A DNA stretch of 63,163 nucleotides, the filler included, from Squatina squatina (lineage: Eukaryota), in NCBI GenBank assembly GCA_031763465.1. It is 3 parts of 3 records of this genome, joined end to end, with 100 filler letters (N's around TTAATTAATTAA, not from the genome) between each part and the next. Parts side by side here need not be neighbours in the genome. Positions count along the whole stretch, not along the records: positions 28,417 to 49,023 come from JARFOE010000189.1; positions 49,124 to 63,163 come from JARFOE010000222.1; 1 more part is not named here. One strand, 5' to 3'. Positions 43,588-55,686 of the stretch are shown here, in pieces. The position numbers and the translations under genes are program-made. The notes beneath the pieces were generated by a model. That model made no database searches. It saw only the letters and a program-made list of their open reading frames with translations, and was not told the DNA's origin. How positions within the stretch are numbered: position 1 is the first letter of the stretch; each line of letters starts with the position of its first letter.

Positions 43588-43672
43588 CAGTTTCAACCGT
43601 TAGTTGGTATCCAGCCTCCAGTCTCCGTGTTGACCTTTCCAACCGCTCGGTATTATCCAACAGGCATGCTCT
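43588..43672 (-). CDS. VTI1A: VTI1A exon at start of the SNARE motif (85 bp; not in ORF track)
   Basis: tttatttcag|AGA...ACT G|gtaagg; RACLLDNTERLERSTRRLEAGYQLTVET vs human RAHLLDNTERLERSSRRLEAGYQIAVET. Confidence 0.93.
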
Positions 43673-46345
43673 CTGAAATAAAATTGTAGATGATTATACA
43701 CAACACTTAAGTACTAGGTATAATTATATCTAATTTAATAGTAAAGGAACCATACAGGAACAAAAACAAAAGCTAAATTTTGGCATCAAACCATATAACA
43801 GTTTGTATGAAGAGCTAAGTTCAGCTCAAAAGGAGAAATAAAATCTACTTTCTAAAACTGTTCAAACAATTTTATTCCTTCAAGAATCTACTGACAATTT
43901 CAATAGATGTCAAGTAAATACCCATTTGCTATTTTTAGTAACTGAAGGTGAAGTAGATGTCACAGCACAAAGTATTTGTAGTATGAAAGCATTTTGATTT
44001 ACATTAGAATTTAATCAAGGCTAAAGTCTAAACACCATACATCTATAAGGANNNNNNNNNNNNNNNNNNNNNNNNNNNNNNNNNNNNNNNNNNNNNNNNN
44101 NNNNNNNNNNNNNNNNNNNNNNNNNNNNNNNNNNNNNNNNNNNNNNNNNNNNNNNNNNNNNNNNNNNNNNNNNNNNNNNNNNNNNNNNNNNNNNNNNNNN
44201 NNNNNNNNNNNNNNNNNNNNNNNNNNNNNNNNNNNNNNNNNNNNNNNNNNNNNNNNNNNNNNNNNNNNNNNNNNNNNNNNNNNNNNNNNNNNNNNNNNNN
44301 NNNNNNNNNNNNNNNNNNNNNNNNNNNNNNNNNNNNNNNNNNNNNNNNNNNNNNNNNNNNNNNNNNNNNNNNNNNNNNNNNNNNNNNNNNNNNNNCATGC
44401 ATATGCTTTAAAACAATTTGAATTCCCAATATGCACTATTACTAAATAAATTGTATAGTTTTGCAACCACATCAGCTTCAATAATTGTTCACAATTTTTG
44501 TTTACAAAACAGAAGTTCATTTACTTACAGAACACAAACTGTTAAAGATGCTGAATGCCACATTTTCAGTGGAAAAAAAACTAGTGCAATATTTAGATTT
44601 GCTACATCTTCTTGATTATTCGAAATATATCACAGTTCGAGAACAATCATATAGTAGTCTTGATCTTTAATAGTTTTTACTTGTATTTTTTCTAACGTGT
44701 CTTATTATGGGATCCTACAGAATTGCACTTGGGATTTTATGCTCATTACAGCAAAATATGGAGTGCTTTGTGAATGCCAGGAGTCTTATTTAAACTGATG
44801 TTCCGTTGAATAATTAGGCTCCAATAGTGTGCCACACAAGTTGAAATAAATAGCTGTATAATAAGATAAGTAGAATTTTAGATAAGCACAGCTACAGCAC
44901 AATTATCATATCTTATACACAAAACATCTGTTACATTTTATTGTCATTGTTACTGTCATCATTAAGATACACTGGCTTTTTATGACCATTCTAAAAATGA
45001 AGAAGCCTTTAATCAGTGGACATATCCCTTGACTTTAGTGCATCGTGATCAAATTTGAATATTGGAACTGAAGCTTATTTCCACAAGAAAAACAGAAAAA
45101 TGTCAAACGAAGCTCAGAAAATGTATTTTAGTTAATGCTATTCAGAATAAATCTGTATTTGTAAATTACAGCAGTGTGACTACATCACCTTTAAAATGAG
45201 TACACTAATATACATATATTTAAATAACCAAATCTTGAATTTAGGTGAATCAATACAGAAGGTTATGGAAACATTAAAGTAAAGCTTTTTTGTTCTTTTC
45301 ACACTCTGCTATAGAAAGGAAAAAGTTCTGTCCTTGCAGTAATTTTAAATGTGTTAAGTTTATTNNNNNNNNNNNNNNNNNNNNNNNNNNNNNNNNNNNN
45401 NNNNNNNGGGAGAGGAAAAGAAAGATTTTCACATACAGGACAGGATCCCACTTGCAATGTTGTTTCCTACCACTTTACGCCCATCAACTCTTTTCTTTTG
45501 AGAATTTTAATCCTACTTTCTTTCAGGGAAAAAAAAAAGGCTAGACCCTGGTTTGTCATCCAAGTTCTATTCATGCTGTCAAAAGGCATACAAACTAATC
45601 ACATGGAAAAAACAAGAGGGGCTACCACATTTCAAGACCATTTTTGAGTTTGACAGTCAGAAGGCTTCACCAAGAACTTTCTTCGCTGACAGATGTCACT
45701 TAAAATTGGAGAAATACTTTCTAATAAAAATGGTGCCATATGAACAATCTGAATCATGTCCATAGAAGTGAGTTGCCTTGCTCTAATGAGCCCCTATGGA
45801 TCTCCCTGATGCAGCTGTATTGACATGCTCACTTAAGCTAATACACCTAGACCAAGATGCCTTGGTGCCTTGAGCACTGACAGTCTGGGATACTGACAGT
45901 GTATCTTGCTTCAATCTTCAAAGGAGAAGTGATTAGAATGTTATCATTACCATTCNNNNNNNNNNNNNNNNNNNNNNNNNNNNNNNNNNNNNNNNNNNNN
46001 NNNNNNNNNNNNNNCAGATCGCAGCAGCTAAAGCCACTTCAAAGCTTCCCTTGAAATTTTTTTCGAAATCATTAGAACAATGTGTTCAGATCAACGTAGA
46101 TAGGACCTGATGTGAAGGTCAGACACATTGCAATAACAATCTATACTAATTAATCTAGCTCTTCAAATAGTGAGTATACTTGTTTTGGATAAATTATACT
46201 GATTACCTTACATAATATAAAAACAAAATGTAAAGAAATCCTGTAGTGTTGGTAACATGGTTCTCAAAAAATTAACAGTTGACAGAAAACACCAATATTT
46301 TCCAAACAAACATAGATACCTAACAACAAACAAGGATGCACTCAC

Positions 46346-46366
46346 CTCTTCACGCAATTTTATCAA
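46346..46366 (-). CDS. VTI1A: VTI1A 21-nt alternative microexon (Vti1a-beta insert LIKLREE)
   Basis: ctttctgtgcgttcacag|TTG ATA AAA TTG CGT GAA GAG|gtgagt, phase 0/0, between the SENQ and RACLL exons. Confidence 0.9.
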
Positions 46367-48518
46367 CTGTGAACGCACAGAAAGATGAAAAGGAAAGAAA
46401 TGGCAGGGATGAAACATCTGTCATACAGTTGGGTATAACATTAACTATGACAATTTATCTGTTTACATACTTAGTATTAAGAAATCATAGAAGAGCCTCT
46501 TTAAAGAGCCTAAAAAGGCTCGCGCAAAGAGAATTTTCAAAATCATATTTTGAAAGAACAAAGATTAGTTCTTCCTTTGTCAACACAGACGGTTACAATC
46601 ATTTCTCTCTTGTTTAGTACGCGAGAGATATGTTTGCCGCAATCTTCAAAGAGAGAACGAGGGGCTTCATAGCAATGATTTTAAAGAGGTAAAGAGAGTG
46701 TGGAGCAGTATTTCAAGGTGCTGATGTGCAGATCTGATTATAATCATCTATTTAACAGCTACAATTAAAGGCAAATTTTACCAGCAGCTACTGTGAACCC
46801 AGACACATACAAAATGTTCCATCAATGGGGCTAACTGCACCAATTTGCACACAGGTATGCATTTTAATTCTTTGAATCCATGAGGTAAAAAGGCTGCTTT
46901 AAAAACAAACGCAAACACACAGCGCAAAATTCAAAAGGGGGAAGAGGATAGTACAGTATGTAAAATAAAACGACAAACCACAACAGCAGTAAAAGGAAAC
47001 AAGGAAAGAAAAGTACTTTATCTGGAGATATTTTTGGTATACTACCTTTTCGAAATACAATGATGTTATTCACTTAACATAAAACAAACACTATTCAATG
47101 GTATGATTGTCAAAGTGTCTTGTGCTTTGCAAGACAGCGAAAGTCTTTTTTAAGTCACCACCTCAAAATGACCAGAATGCTCAATGGGCCAAAGTGCAAA
47201 ACTAAGCAGAAGAGATGACCTGCTCTCTGGTCATAACCATAAGTACTACGAAGCATGGCGCAGCTGTTTTATAATAGAAGCCAAACAAAATGCGCTCTAT
47301 CTTGTTTGTGCTGCCTGGCTGGTTTTAAAGCTTCTCCATGGATTTGAGGATAGTTTTGCAATGGGCTTTAGGTTCTGTTTCGTACCATGCCGAGGTACGT
47401 ACTAATTCATATTAACAAAAAAAAGTATTCAACTCGACAAGACAACGGTATGCTGGAAGCGCTAGGCAGTCTGAAATATTATGATTACATTTTGCATTTT
47501 CTTCATCATCATCATTAAGAACGGGGTACTGCCATTTCAGTTATGATAATCACGGGATTTTCAAACAAAGATTTTCAATATGGTATTCGATACGAGTGGT
47601 AATCTGTTCTTTGTAACCTGAAAAATCTGGTACGCGCTGGTTTGAACCGGCAGAATCTCTAGTGGCCAGACTGCTGCTGTGACTGAAATCGAAACTGCGC
47701 CGCAGTATGTGAAGAGCACGTGATGCACGAAACTACAGAATTATGAAAAGCGATAACGCCAATTCCTTCTCTGCCCGCATACAGATAACGAATAAATGCT
47801 GAACTCTATTAAATGTCCTTTACACATTATCGCTAGGGGAACACACAATTTTCAGAACTTATAAAGGTTCACCATTCATTTCGTTATAAATCCATGCCAT
47901 GCAANNNNNNNNNNNNNNNNNNNNNNNNNNNNNNNNNNNNNNNNNNNNNNNNNNNNNNNNNNNNNNNNNNNNNNNNNNNNNNNNNNNNNNNNNNNNNNNN
48001 NNNNACTAACAGATTTGTTGCTCATAATGATCAGCTCTGCCAGGGCTATATGAGATGATACTGACCTCCTTTAGATCTTCGGGAATTAAATTGACCGGCA
48101 TCAACCCCTGCGCTAAAACTGCAGTATGGTGCATTTCTTGCACAGTAAGCCCCCATAGTATTATCGCTAGAGCTCACTACTTCACAGGTCCCAGCCATAT
48201 TACTTGCATTAATAAAATAAACAAACTCATAAGCAAAGTTTGACATCTTGCAGATTTTGTTCCAAGCTGGAAATTTGCTCGCGAAATAAAAAAAATCTCA
48301 GATAAAATTTGGAAGGTCTACGTGTCTTCTCTGTACTATGATTAAAACGTAAACGGTTTAAAACCGAAGGTTTGTTGTTGCTTAGCTTTGCATTAAACAA
48401 TGTATTTCCACTTGAGTTGCTGTTAATGCTGTTAGTGAGCAGCTTGAGAAGACGTACTAGTCGCTGACCTTAATCACCCTCAAGCCACCCACAAGGGTAT
48501 GCTGATTAGTGGCCTTAC

Positions 48519-48602
48519 CTGGTTCTCGGAGGTATTCCCATCATCCCCTAGGAGCTCATTTCGAAGGTTTACCTCATCACTGTAGGCAATCCGTGACCTT
48601 TT
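48519..48602 (-). CDS. VTI1A: VTI1A linker exon (84 bp)
   Basis: tttccag|AAA AGG...AAC CAG|gtaagg; [28 protein letters not shown] vs human [26 protein letters not shown]. Confidence 0.93.
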
Positions 48603-49023
48603 CTGGAAACGAAAGGAAAAAGAGCAAAACTTCCAATTATCTGATATCTGTTGACGCGACAGACTTGTCACGAGAAGCTGAAAGCTACATAGGGAAATTA
48701 AGGTTAGTACAGTTTGATATGGTAAAGTACAAACTATCAGTTATAAAGTCCTGTACACACGCCAAAGGATTTTATAAGCTGCAAACTTTGGTATACAACT
48801 TGCATGCTGGCATAATAATGTTGCTGGGTGGCATAAATGTGTGTATGAATGTTACATTGGTGCAATCAATATACTGGATTTTATGGTACATCCATCAAAC
48901 ATTGATTACTTCAATTTATCTTCAGTAGTTAGTTTATAAATAATACCAATTGATGAATTGCTAAGCAGACACTAATCCAGTTCAAATCTTTCATTCTGGA
49001 TAGGCCTTTGAAGGGCATGGCGA

Positions 49024-49123
49024 NNNNNNNNNNNNNNNNNNNNNNNNNNNNNNNNNNNNNNNNNNNNTTAATTAATTAANNNNNNNNNNNNNNNNNNNNN
49101 NNNNNNNNNNNNNNNNNNNNNNN
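49024..49123. other. Artificial scaffold linker N44-TTAATTAATTAA-N44
   Basis: Same structure as 28317-28416; 12-mer at 49068-49079. Confidence 0.95.
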
Positions 49124-49656
49124 TTTCTTTCCCCCCATCCTGTTCCTTTTCCTTATGCTCTCTTATTTTCAAAGTTCAGAGGATCTAGAATTCAGCGGGC
49201 TGTAGGAAATGGGGTTGGAGCGGGGGATTGTGATATGGCCAACATCAGAGAAGTCAGCGTCCAAGGTAGAAAGACATTCTTCCATTTTGCTTGCTGGTGA
49301 TGTTTGCTAGTGCTTCTGCTTAAATGAAATTGAAGAAGTTTTTGCAACAGCTAACTGGATGTGGGACAAGTTCCACCCCCTGTCTCTTTCCCCTCGAGAG
49401 ATAATGTGTAATTTCCACTGACTGGACATTTCAGCTCACAGGCCAGAAGAACATCACCAATGTAAACTGAAGAAATGAAGGTGGCAGCTGTGTTTGGAAG
49501 CACATCGGTAAAAAGCTGTGGTTGTGCTGGACATTTTTACATGTCAATAGTACTATTCACCATACAGTACCCCTTCTTCAGGACTATATCCCAGATTTCC
49601 CTTCCAGTTTGGCTTCCACAGGAAGCAAAATAGCTCAGAGCTCCTCCTTGCCAAGA

Positions 49657-49908
49657 TCAGCTGTGGAGGTTATGAAATGCTGACTGTTTTTGCGAGAGTC
49701 TGAGAAGCTCTTCACGGATGGCTTTGATGAGCGACGTGGAGGTCTGGCCAGGTGCTTGGTCTTCTGTGTAGGTAGAGCCAAAGCTTGCTCCGGGGTGTTG
49801 AGCGTTGTTGTGCTGCAGGTGCAAAGATGGTGCTGAAGGGTCATGCAGGGACGTCCTCTGCATTGGAAAGAGCGGTGAAACATATTCCAGGTGCCCACGA
49901 GAACTTGG
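49657..49908 (-). CDS. KIAA1549: KIAA1549 last coding exon (252 bp)
   Basis: tttttttag|CCA AGT; ends TSLIKAIREELLRLSQKQSAFHNLHS*, which matches KIAA1549 rather than KIAA1549L. Confidence 0.88.
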   Translation of the reverse strand, partial: PSSRGHLEYVSPLFPMQRTSLHDPSAPSLHLQHNNAQHPGASFGSTYTEDQAPGQTSTSLIKAIREELLRLSQKQSAFHNLHS

Positions 49909-50179
49909 CTAAAAAAAGACAACACAAGATGCTGAAAAGTGGTTATGGCATCCTTGAAACAAACTAGGAATCAGATTGCCATTTCATCTTCATTGAAAAT
50001 TAACCCAAGCATCATTCCATAAACTTTCAAAACTCAGATTCCACAAGTCATCCAAAAGTGATGGTTTTTGACTGCCAAATATTTAAAATGCTGTTAAAAC
50101 TCTCTCCTCCCCCTGCCCCCTACTCTGCCACCCACACTCCAACACCCCAAGAAGGCATTAGCTCTTGCTTGGGCACGAT

Positions 50180-50305
50180 TCTATGGACACTGGCAAGCTT
50201 CCGGAACCTCACCCGAATGGCCATCCTGCATGTCTGAGCCAAGGTTTCTTCGGCAGCACCTCCCAAACCCACGACCTCTACCATCTAGAAGGACAAGGGC
50301 ACCAG
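50180..50305 (+). mobile_element. LINE fragment
   Basis: caaggtttcttcggcagcacctcccaaacccacgacctctaccatctagaaggacaagggca resembles a common elasmobranch LINE 3' region. Confidence 0.5.
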
Positions 50306-50675
50306 ANNNNNNNNNNNNNNNNNNNNNNNNNNNNNNNNNNNNNNNNNNNNNNNNNNNNNNNNNNNNNNNNNNNNNNNNNNNNNNNNNNNNNNNNNNNNNN
50401 NNNNNNATAATTTCATGGTTCGAATTTGAGGTAGCTGCATACTTATCTGGTCAGTAAACTTTACTTGTGCCATTAAAATGTCAGTGCAATGATACTAGTT
50501 CCTCAGTTTGTTCCTCAGTACTACAACTGGTAACTTTGCCTCTAGTTTCAAAAGATTAACGGGCTTAAAGTGATGCAGTTTGAGTTCATCTTTCTACATT
50601 TTTATTCACAATCAGAGGGTTCTATCTCAAGGAAATCGTTTAAATGAGTATGTAATACTTCACCATTCTGCCCAC

Positions 50676-50899
50676 CTTTTCCTTGGTTCCACAAGGACAG
50701 ATGGGCCATCAACACTGGGATCGAGGATCCTATCGATATGAACCTGTGCCCTGCGGTAGACTCTGCGCCGTTCCTTGGTATCGATGGTACCAACTTCATC
50801 CATGATGGGGAAGTCGTAGTGTCCTTTCCTTTTGGCTCGGAGTCTGATCTTATTGCGGTGGTGTTAAATTTCGGATTTCTGTCTCAAAGCTCTCTGAAC
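50676..50899 (-). CDS. KIAA1549: KIAA1549 internal exon (224 bp) carrying an in-frame TAA
   Basis: ctcctccag|GTT...AAA AG|gtgggc; VQRALRQKSEI*HHRNKIRLRAKRKGHYDFP...VYRRAQVHIDRILDP. Confidence 0.88.
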
Positions 50900-51629
50900 C
50901 TGGAGGAGAGGGAAGACATTCAGTTACTTACAGCCTGACATCGTTCTCTGTCACCTTCACAGGTAAGTATCAAAGGTCGATAGAATCACATCTTGGGGCT
51001 GTAGCCAAGAACATACACAAAGGAGGAATCAGTTTAATAATAGGAGTGGGATAGAGTATGCCAGATAATATGAGTTACTCTGCACCTTTGATTTATATAG
51101 AAATATGAAGTACAATGGTCTCCTTTTAAGCTATGACCAGGCTCATCTGGATCTATAAAGAGCTGGGTACACACTGAATGTTAACTTTTCAGCAGAACTG
51201 GTAGCTAAGGGAGCCATTTAATGGAAGTGAGCAAAGAGGGGCGAGAGATAATGTGCAGGATACCCAGCAGGGTTTTTTATTTGAAAAGCTGGAAAGAGGT
51301 GATAACAGGCAGAGATCTCAGTGAATCAAATGAAAGATATTAAATGAAAACAGAAGTCTGTAAGAATAGGTACATTATGCACTGATAAACAAACACCCAG
51401 CAAGCTTGACTATACCTGAAAAGAGAAGGGACAGACATCCCTTCACCCAGAGTCTAGACTCCACGCCAAGCCAGAACTGTACTCTGATAAAGAGTCAACA
51501 TCTGTAATGCCAACCCACCTCTCCCCACTTTCCCCAGATACTGATGGGCTTCCTATTCATTCGCAAGAGCCTCTGCCTCAGATATTGGGAGAGATAGCTA
51601 AGGTCTGAAGTCAGCTAAGGTTGAGTGGA

Positions 51630-51745
51630 GTGCTGTAGGGTGCCCACAAGATAAGATACAATCCTGAAGCTGCTGTTGAGGTTGGTTGGAACAGTGCAGG
51701 ATGGCAAAGCCGGAGAGATCAGAGTGGGAATGGAAGGAAGAGCTG
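51630..51745 (-). mobile_element. Degenerate Penelope-like 3' fragment
   Basis: Reverse strand ttccattcccactctgatctctc...cctgcactgttccaaccaacctcaac; a decayed terminal-repeat-like piece lies nearby at about 51480-51545. Confidence 0.4.
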
Positions 51746-53214
51746 ACAAAGCATATTAGAGACTCCCTTTATCTCAACAAGGGTGAGTAAAGGCACTTGC
51801 AGTGTATAATAAAATGGTCCTGGGAGAATGGTGCTTGAATGCATGCTCACAACACTGTGCCCGACTCTCCCCTTTCATTCCTTTCTACTGCTGCTCCAGG
51901 TCAAAGACGATGTACGATTCCAAGAACTAAAAGGGAGCCAATCTAGCTCAGTACATTCAGCTTTAACTGTAGACCTGGTGGCCGACCACAAAATATGGGC
52001 TGCTGATATTGCTGGGCCAGTCCATTAAACAGAGGGACTACTGCATGCCCTGCCGNNNNNNNNNNNNNNNNNNNNNNNNNNNNNNNNNNNNNNNNNNNNN
52101 NNNNNNNNNNNNNNNNNNNNNNNNNNNNNNNNNNNNNNNNNNNNNNNNNNNNNNNATCTGTTGCGATGGATTCTGTGCCTGTCAGACACCCAGCTGACCA
52201 AACAAAGCAATCCAAAACCACAACACTAGTATCTACAATTCCCGCTCTAACAGCTAAAATCAACAAAATTACTTGTTAGCCCAAGGCCTCCTCTCAAACA
52301 GGTAGAACGTCTCACTTTTAAAACCCTCTGACTGGCTCACTGCTCAATTAAACTGGAGACGTGAGCTCTCGAGCTCTTTCACAGAAGATCCTTTTTATTA
52401 TTGATCACTGGCACAGTCTAAGAGTTACCGGGTAACAGGATACACTGCCACTATAACAGAGGGCTGCTTCTCCTTTTGAGCATTTAAGTTCCGCACTTGA
52501 TATTTGAGGCAAATGGTGTTCACCAATGGTAAGGAAACAAACCATTTGGAAACACAGTCAGTCAATTAACTATAAGAAAAACAGCTGCAGTTTCCATCAG
52601 CGTTAACCTTTATTTCCGACCAGTTTCATTCTTTATTGTCCCCCTCCTCCATTGCACAAGTCACATCACCAAAGTTTAACAATCCTCAAAAGTAGAACAC
52701 GGGGCGTCTATGTTTGAAATGATTCATTTCAGCTTAACATTCCAAGTCCCTAGGAGATGAGCCCCTCTCACCTCAAAACTCCGGACTTCCTTTCCCCACA
52801 TTATGACCATGCTCACCTTAATTTCATTGGAATGCAGTTCTGTTGCTTGGTTGGACGAGCCAAGATGGGTCGAACAGCCTCCCTCTGAATTTCCTTCTCT
52901 TGTTCCAGTCTAGGTCCAAATTCACTGCCCTTCTTACGTGTTCAAATTACGCTGTGTTCAAATTACCACACCATCTCTTACTCAAATTCATTACTCATCC
53001 GAAGTGTAGAATTCCTTATTTCCTTCAGTGTTTCCTTATCCTTACAATCCTAAAGTAGGAGTCACCTAATCACTACGTTCCTATTTACTGCGCCTTCTCA
53101 AACTTTTTTCAACCTTGCTGGTGTCCTGCACTATGGGCCTCGGCCCTTGGCCCTTCACGTGGGATTCTCAATTTAAAAAAAATCTGTTATCAACTTCGAT
53201 CCAGAGTTCCTTAC

Positions 53215-53399
53215 TTTTTGCCGCTGCTGAATATTGCTCATAGTGTCCGGCTGAAACTCCAGCTTGTCTGTTCGGCAGAACTTCCAGTACAGGATCACGA
53301 TGATGACGGTGACCACAATCACTGGCACCAACACTGCCACGATGATCCACAGGTTCTTATTCTCATCTGTCGGGGACGAAGTGGCAACGCTCTCCACCG
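53215..53399 (-). CDS. KIAA1549: KIAA1549 transmembrane exon (185 bp)
   Basis: ttttgtag|CG GTG...CAA AAA|gtaagg; NLWIIVAVLVPVIVVTVIIVILYWKFCRTDKLEFQPDTMSNIQQRQK. Confidence 0.92.
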
Positions 53400-53591
53400 C
53401 TACAAAAGAAAAGCCACAAAAANNNNNNNNNNNNNNNNNNNNNNNNNNNNNNNNNNNNNNNNNNNNNNNNNNNNNNNNNNNNNNNNNNNNNNNNNNNNNN
53501 NNNNNNNNNNNNNNNNNNNNNNCAAGCAAATCCTCAAAGCCCACTTGGGGTGATTGCTAGTGTGCAGACAGCATGGGCCCAAGAAACATAC

Positions 53592-53651
53592 CTGTCTTTA
53601 TCCAGGAAGCCTTCAGCAGGTGTGACCGGTTAAGTTCAGGGTAATAGATGG
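53592..53651 (-). CDS. KIAA1549: KIAA1549 short exon (60 bp; not in ORF track)
   Basis: tttttacag|CC ATC TAT...ACA G|gtatgt; IYYPELNRSHLLKASWIKT resembles human YPQLNLSQLLKSSWVRT. Confidence 0.8.
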
Positions 53652-54680
53652 CTGTAAAAATTTAAAAACATAGATGTTGAACAAGCAACTCAATTATCTT
53701 GAGTCAAACACACCTTTAGTAAGTTATATCTGTGTACACCCCTCCACACAGGGACTAAACTAACAGAAGAATGTCATGTTTTTATCACAAATTTTTCTGC
53801 CAATTTTTCTCTCCTCCTTTCCCAAAGGTGAGAAGGTGAAGACCCCATGCTGTGATGCAGTTCTACAGGCACCAAGGGCTTGTTGGCACCTCGACCATTT
53901 GTAATGTGTGAGCCCAGTGGAGTACTGGTGTACGTTAACCAAAGGAGCACGGGAGCCAAAGCTGAAATCCTGTGCTCAATCCATGGCCACACATTCATAT
54001 ACCAGCAGGGGTCTGCAGATCGCTATCAGAGCCAGGAACCTTAACCAATCTTTATTCTCTTCCTGCATCCAGAGCCACCATGGCCAGAGGTTGAGCCTGG
54101 AATCATTCTGGAATATATAACTCAGCTGCTGACTAAATTCAANNNNNNNNNNNNNNNNNNNNNNNNNNNNNNNNNNNNNNNNNNNNNNNNNNNNNNNNNN
54201 NNNNNNNNNNNNNNNNNNNNNNNNNNNNNNNNNNNNNNNNNNTGTCATCTCTTTCAAACAGTCATTATTCAGGTTTTTGACAACGCATCAAGCCAGCCAA
54301 ATTTGCCCTGATCCAGTGTCAGTGGATGTGGGTCCTGCAGGGGATGCTGGGCGGTGATTGGGAGCCAGAACCCTGAATGATCTTTCTCCAGACCCGGGAG
54401 AGCAGCCACTGAGAACAGCTAATCCAGTGTAGGCTGGGTTTGAACCTGGAATCTTCTGGCCTATGTGATTCATTAGCACACCACATGGTTCAATACATCA
54501 AGGGAGCACCATAATCTCTTATTTTTGAAACATGACACAATATTAATAGGTCATCCACTTAACAGCTTAATGTGACAGGATTCTTTAACTAAATGTAGAT
54601 GCCAAAAATCTTGAACAAGGTACATAGTTTGAGCATGAACAGTCTGCCACTGAATCAGTCAACACATTGTAGACCCTCAC

Positions 54681-54858
54681 CAATTTGAACCTGCGCCTGG
54701 TGGTCTGGCACAGCCAGAGCTGGCTGGAGGGAAAGGATGAGTGGAGAGTTACCACTAACAAGTATGGTTCGAGTGAGAGAATTAAGCACAGCCGGTCCAG
54801 AGAAAACAACGGGGCCTGCAGTCACCATGAACGTGAGCTCTTGATTCGCTCGGAGAAC
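54681..54858 (-). CDS. KIAA1549: KIAA1549 extracellular-region exon (178 bp; not in ORF track)
   Basis: ttccag|GTT CTC...ATT G|gtgagg; TFMVTAGPVVFSGPAVLNSL...SPLILSLQPALAVPDHQAQVQI resembles human TFLVTSGPFVY...TPLILSVKPSFLVP...QVQT. Confidence 0.78.
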
Positions 54859-55596
54859 CTGGAATTGGACAAGAAAAAAAAAATCAAACAGAGCAAAAAC
54901 AGCTACAACCCAACAATACCACCTATTAGTAATGACTTATTTCTAAAAATGTCATTTCTACAAAACATTTTGAACATAAGCATACTTGGGTGGAATATTA
55001 TTCCATAGCACACATTCAATTATTTGTGTAAATATAAAATGGTGCATAGAATCAGGAATAGCCTGATATTTATTAACTTGAGATAATTGGATGCTCCTTA
55101 AAAGGAGTATCTTATCATACCATTCGAAGAGTTCCAAGTCAATGAATTACTTTCAAGTGCAGTGACTAATATGTGGCTATTGCAATTCTGCATTAGATTA
55201 GGGTAAATGGGTGTTGCTCGGATTGGATGTGGTGTATTCCAGGGTTCCGTGCTGGATTTACTTTTGTTCTTGGCACACAGAAATTATTTGGACTTGGGCA
55301 CATGGAGTGCNNNNNNNNNNNNNNNNNNNNNNNNNNNNNNNNNNNNNNNNNNNNNNNNNNNNNNNNNNNNNNNNNNNNNNNNNNNNNNNNNNNNNNNNNN
55401 NNNNNNNNNNAGAAATTTCTAGATATTAATTTCAGAAAATGAGGGCCTAGTGTGAACACACTGAAATTCCTAAATGGAATAGTCTCAGTGGCAATGGAAG
55501 GGTTTAAAACAAAGACAGGATTTTCATTTCCAATTCCAGATCTACAAAAGTACTGAAATATAATTGCATATTGCACCCAATAAGAGTTTTGCCTAC

Positions 55597-55686
55597 ACAC
55601 GTATTTGATATGGAACCATTAAGAGAGTACAAGGTTGTACCAGTTATACCAGACAAGAGAGAGAAGATAAATTCTAATGGAGGAAC
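55597..55686 (-). CDS. Candidate exon, unassigned
   Basis: tactttctgaag|GTT; VPPLEFIFSLLSGITGTTLYSLNGSISNTC; possible donors gtgtgt (55600) or gtaggc (55596). Confidence 0.3.
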
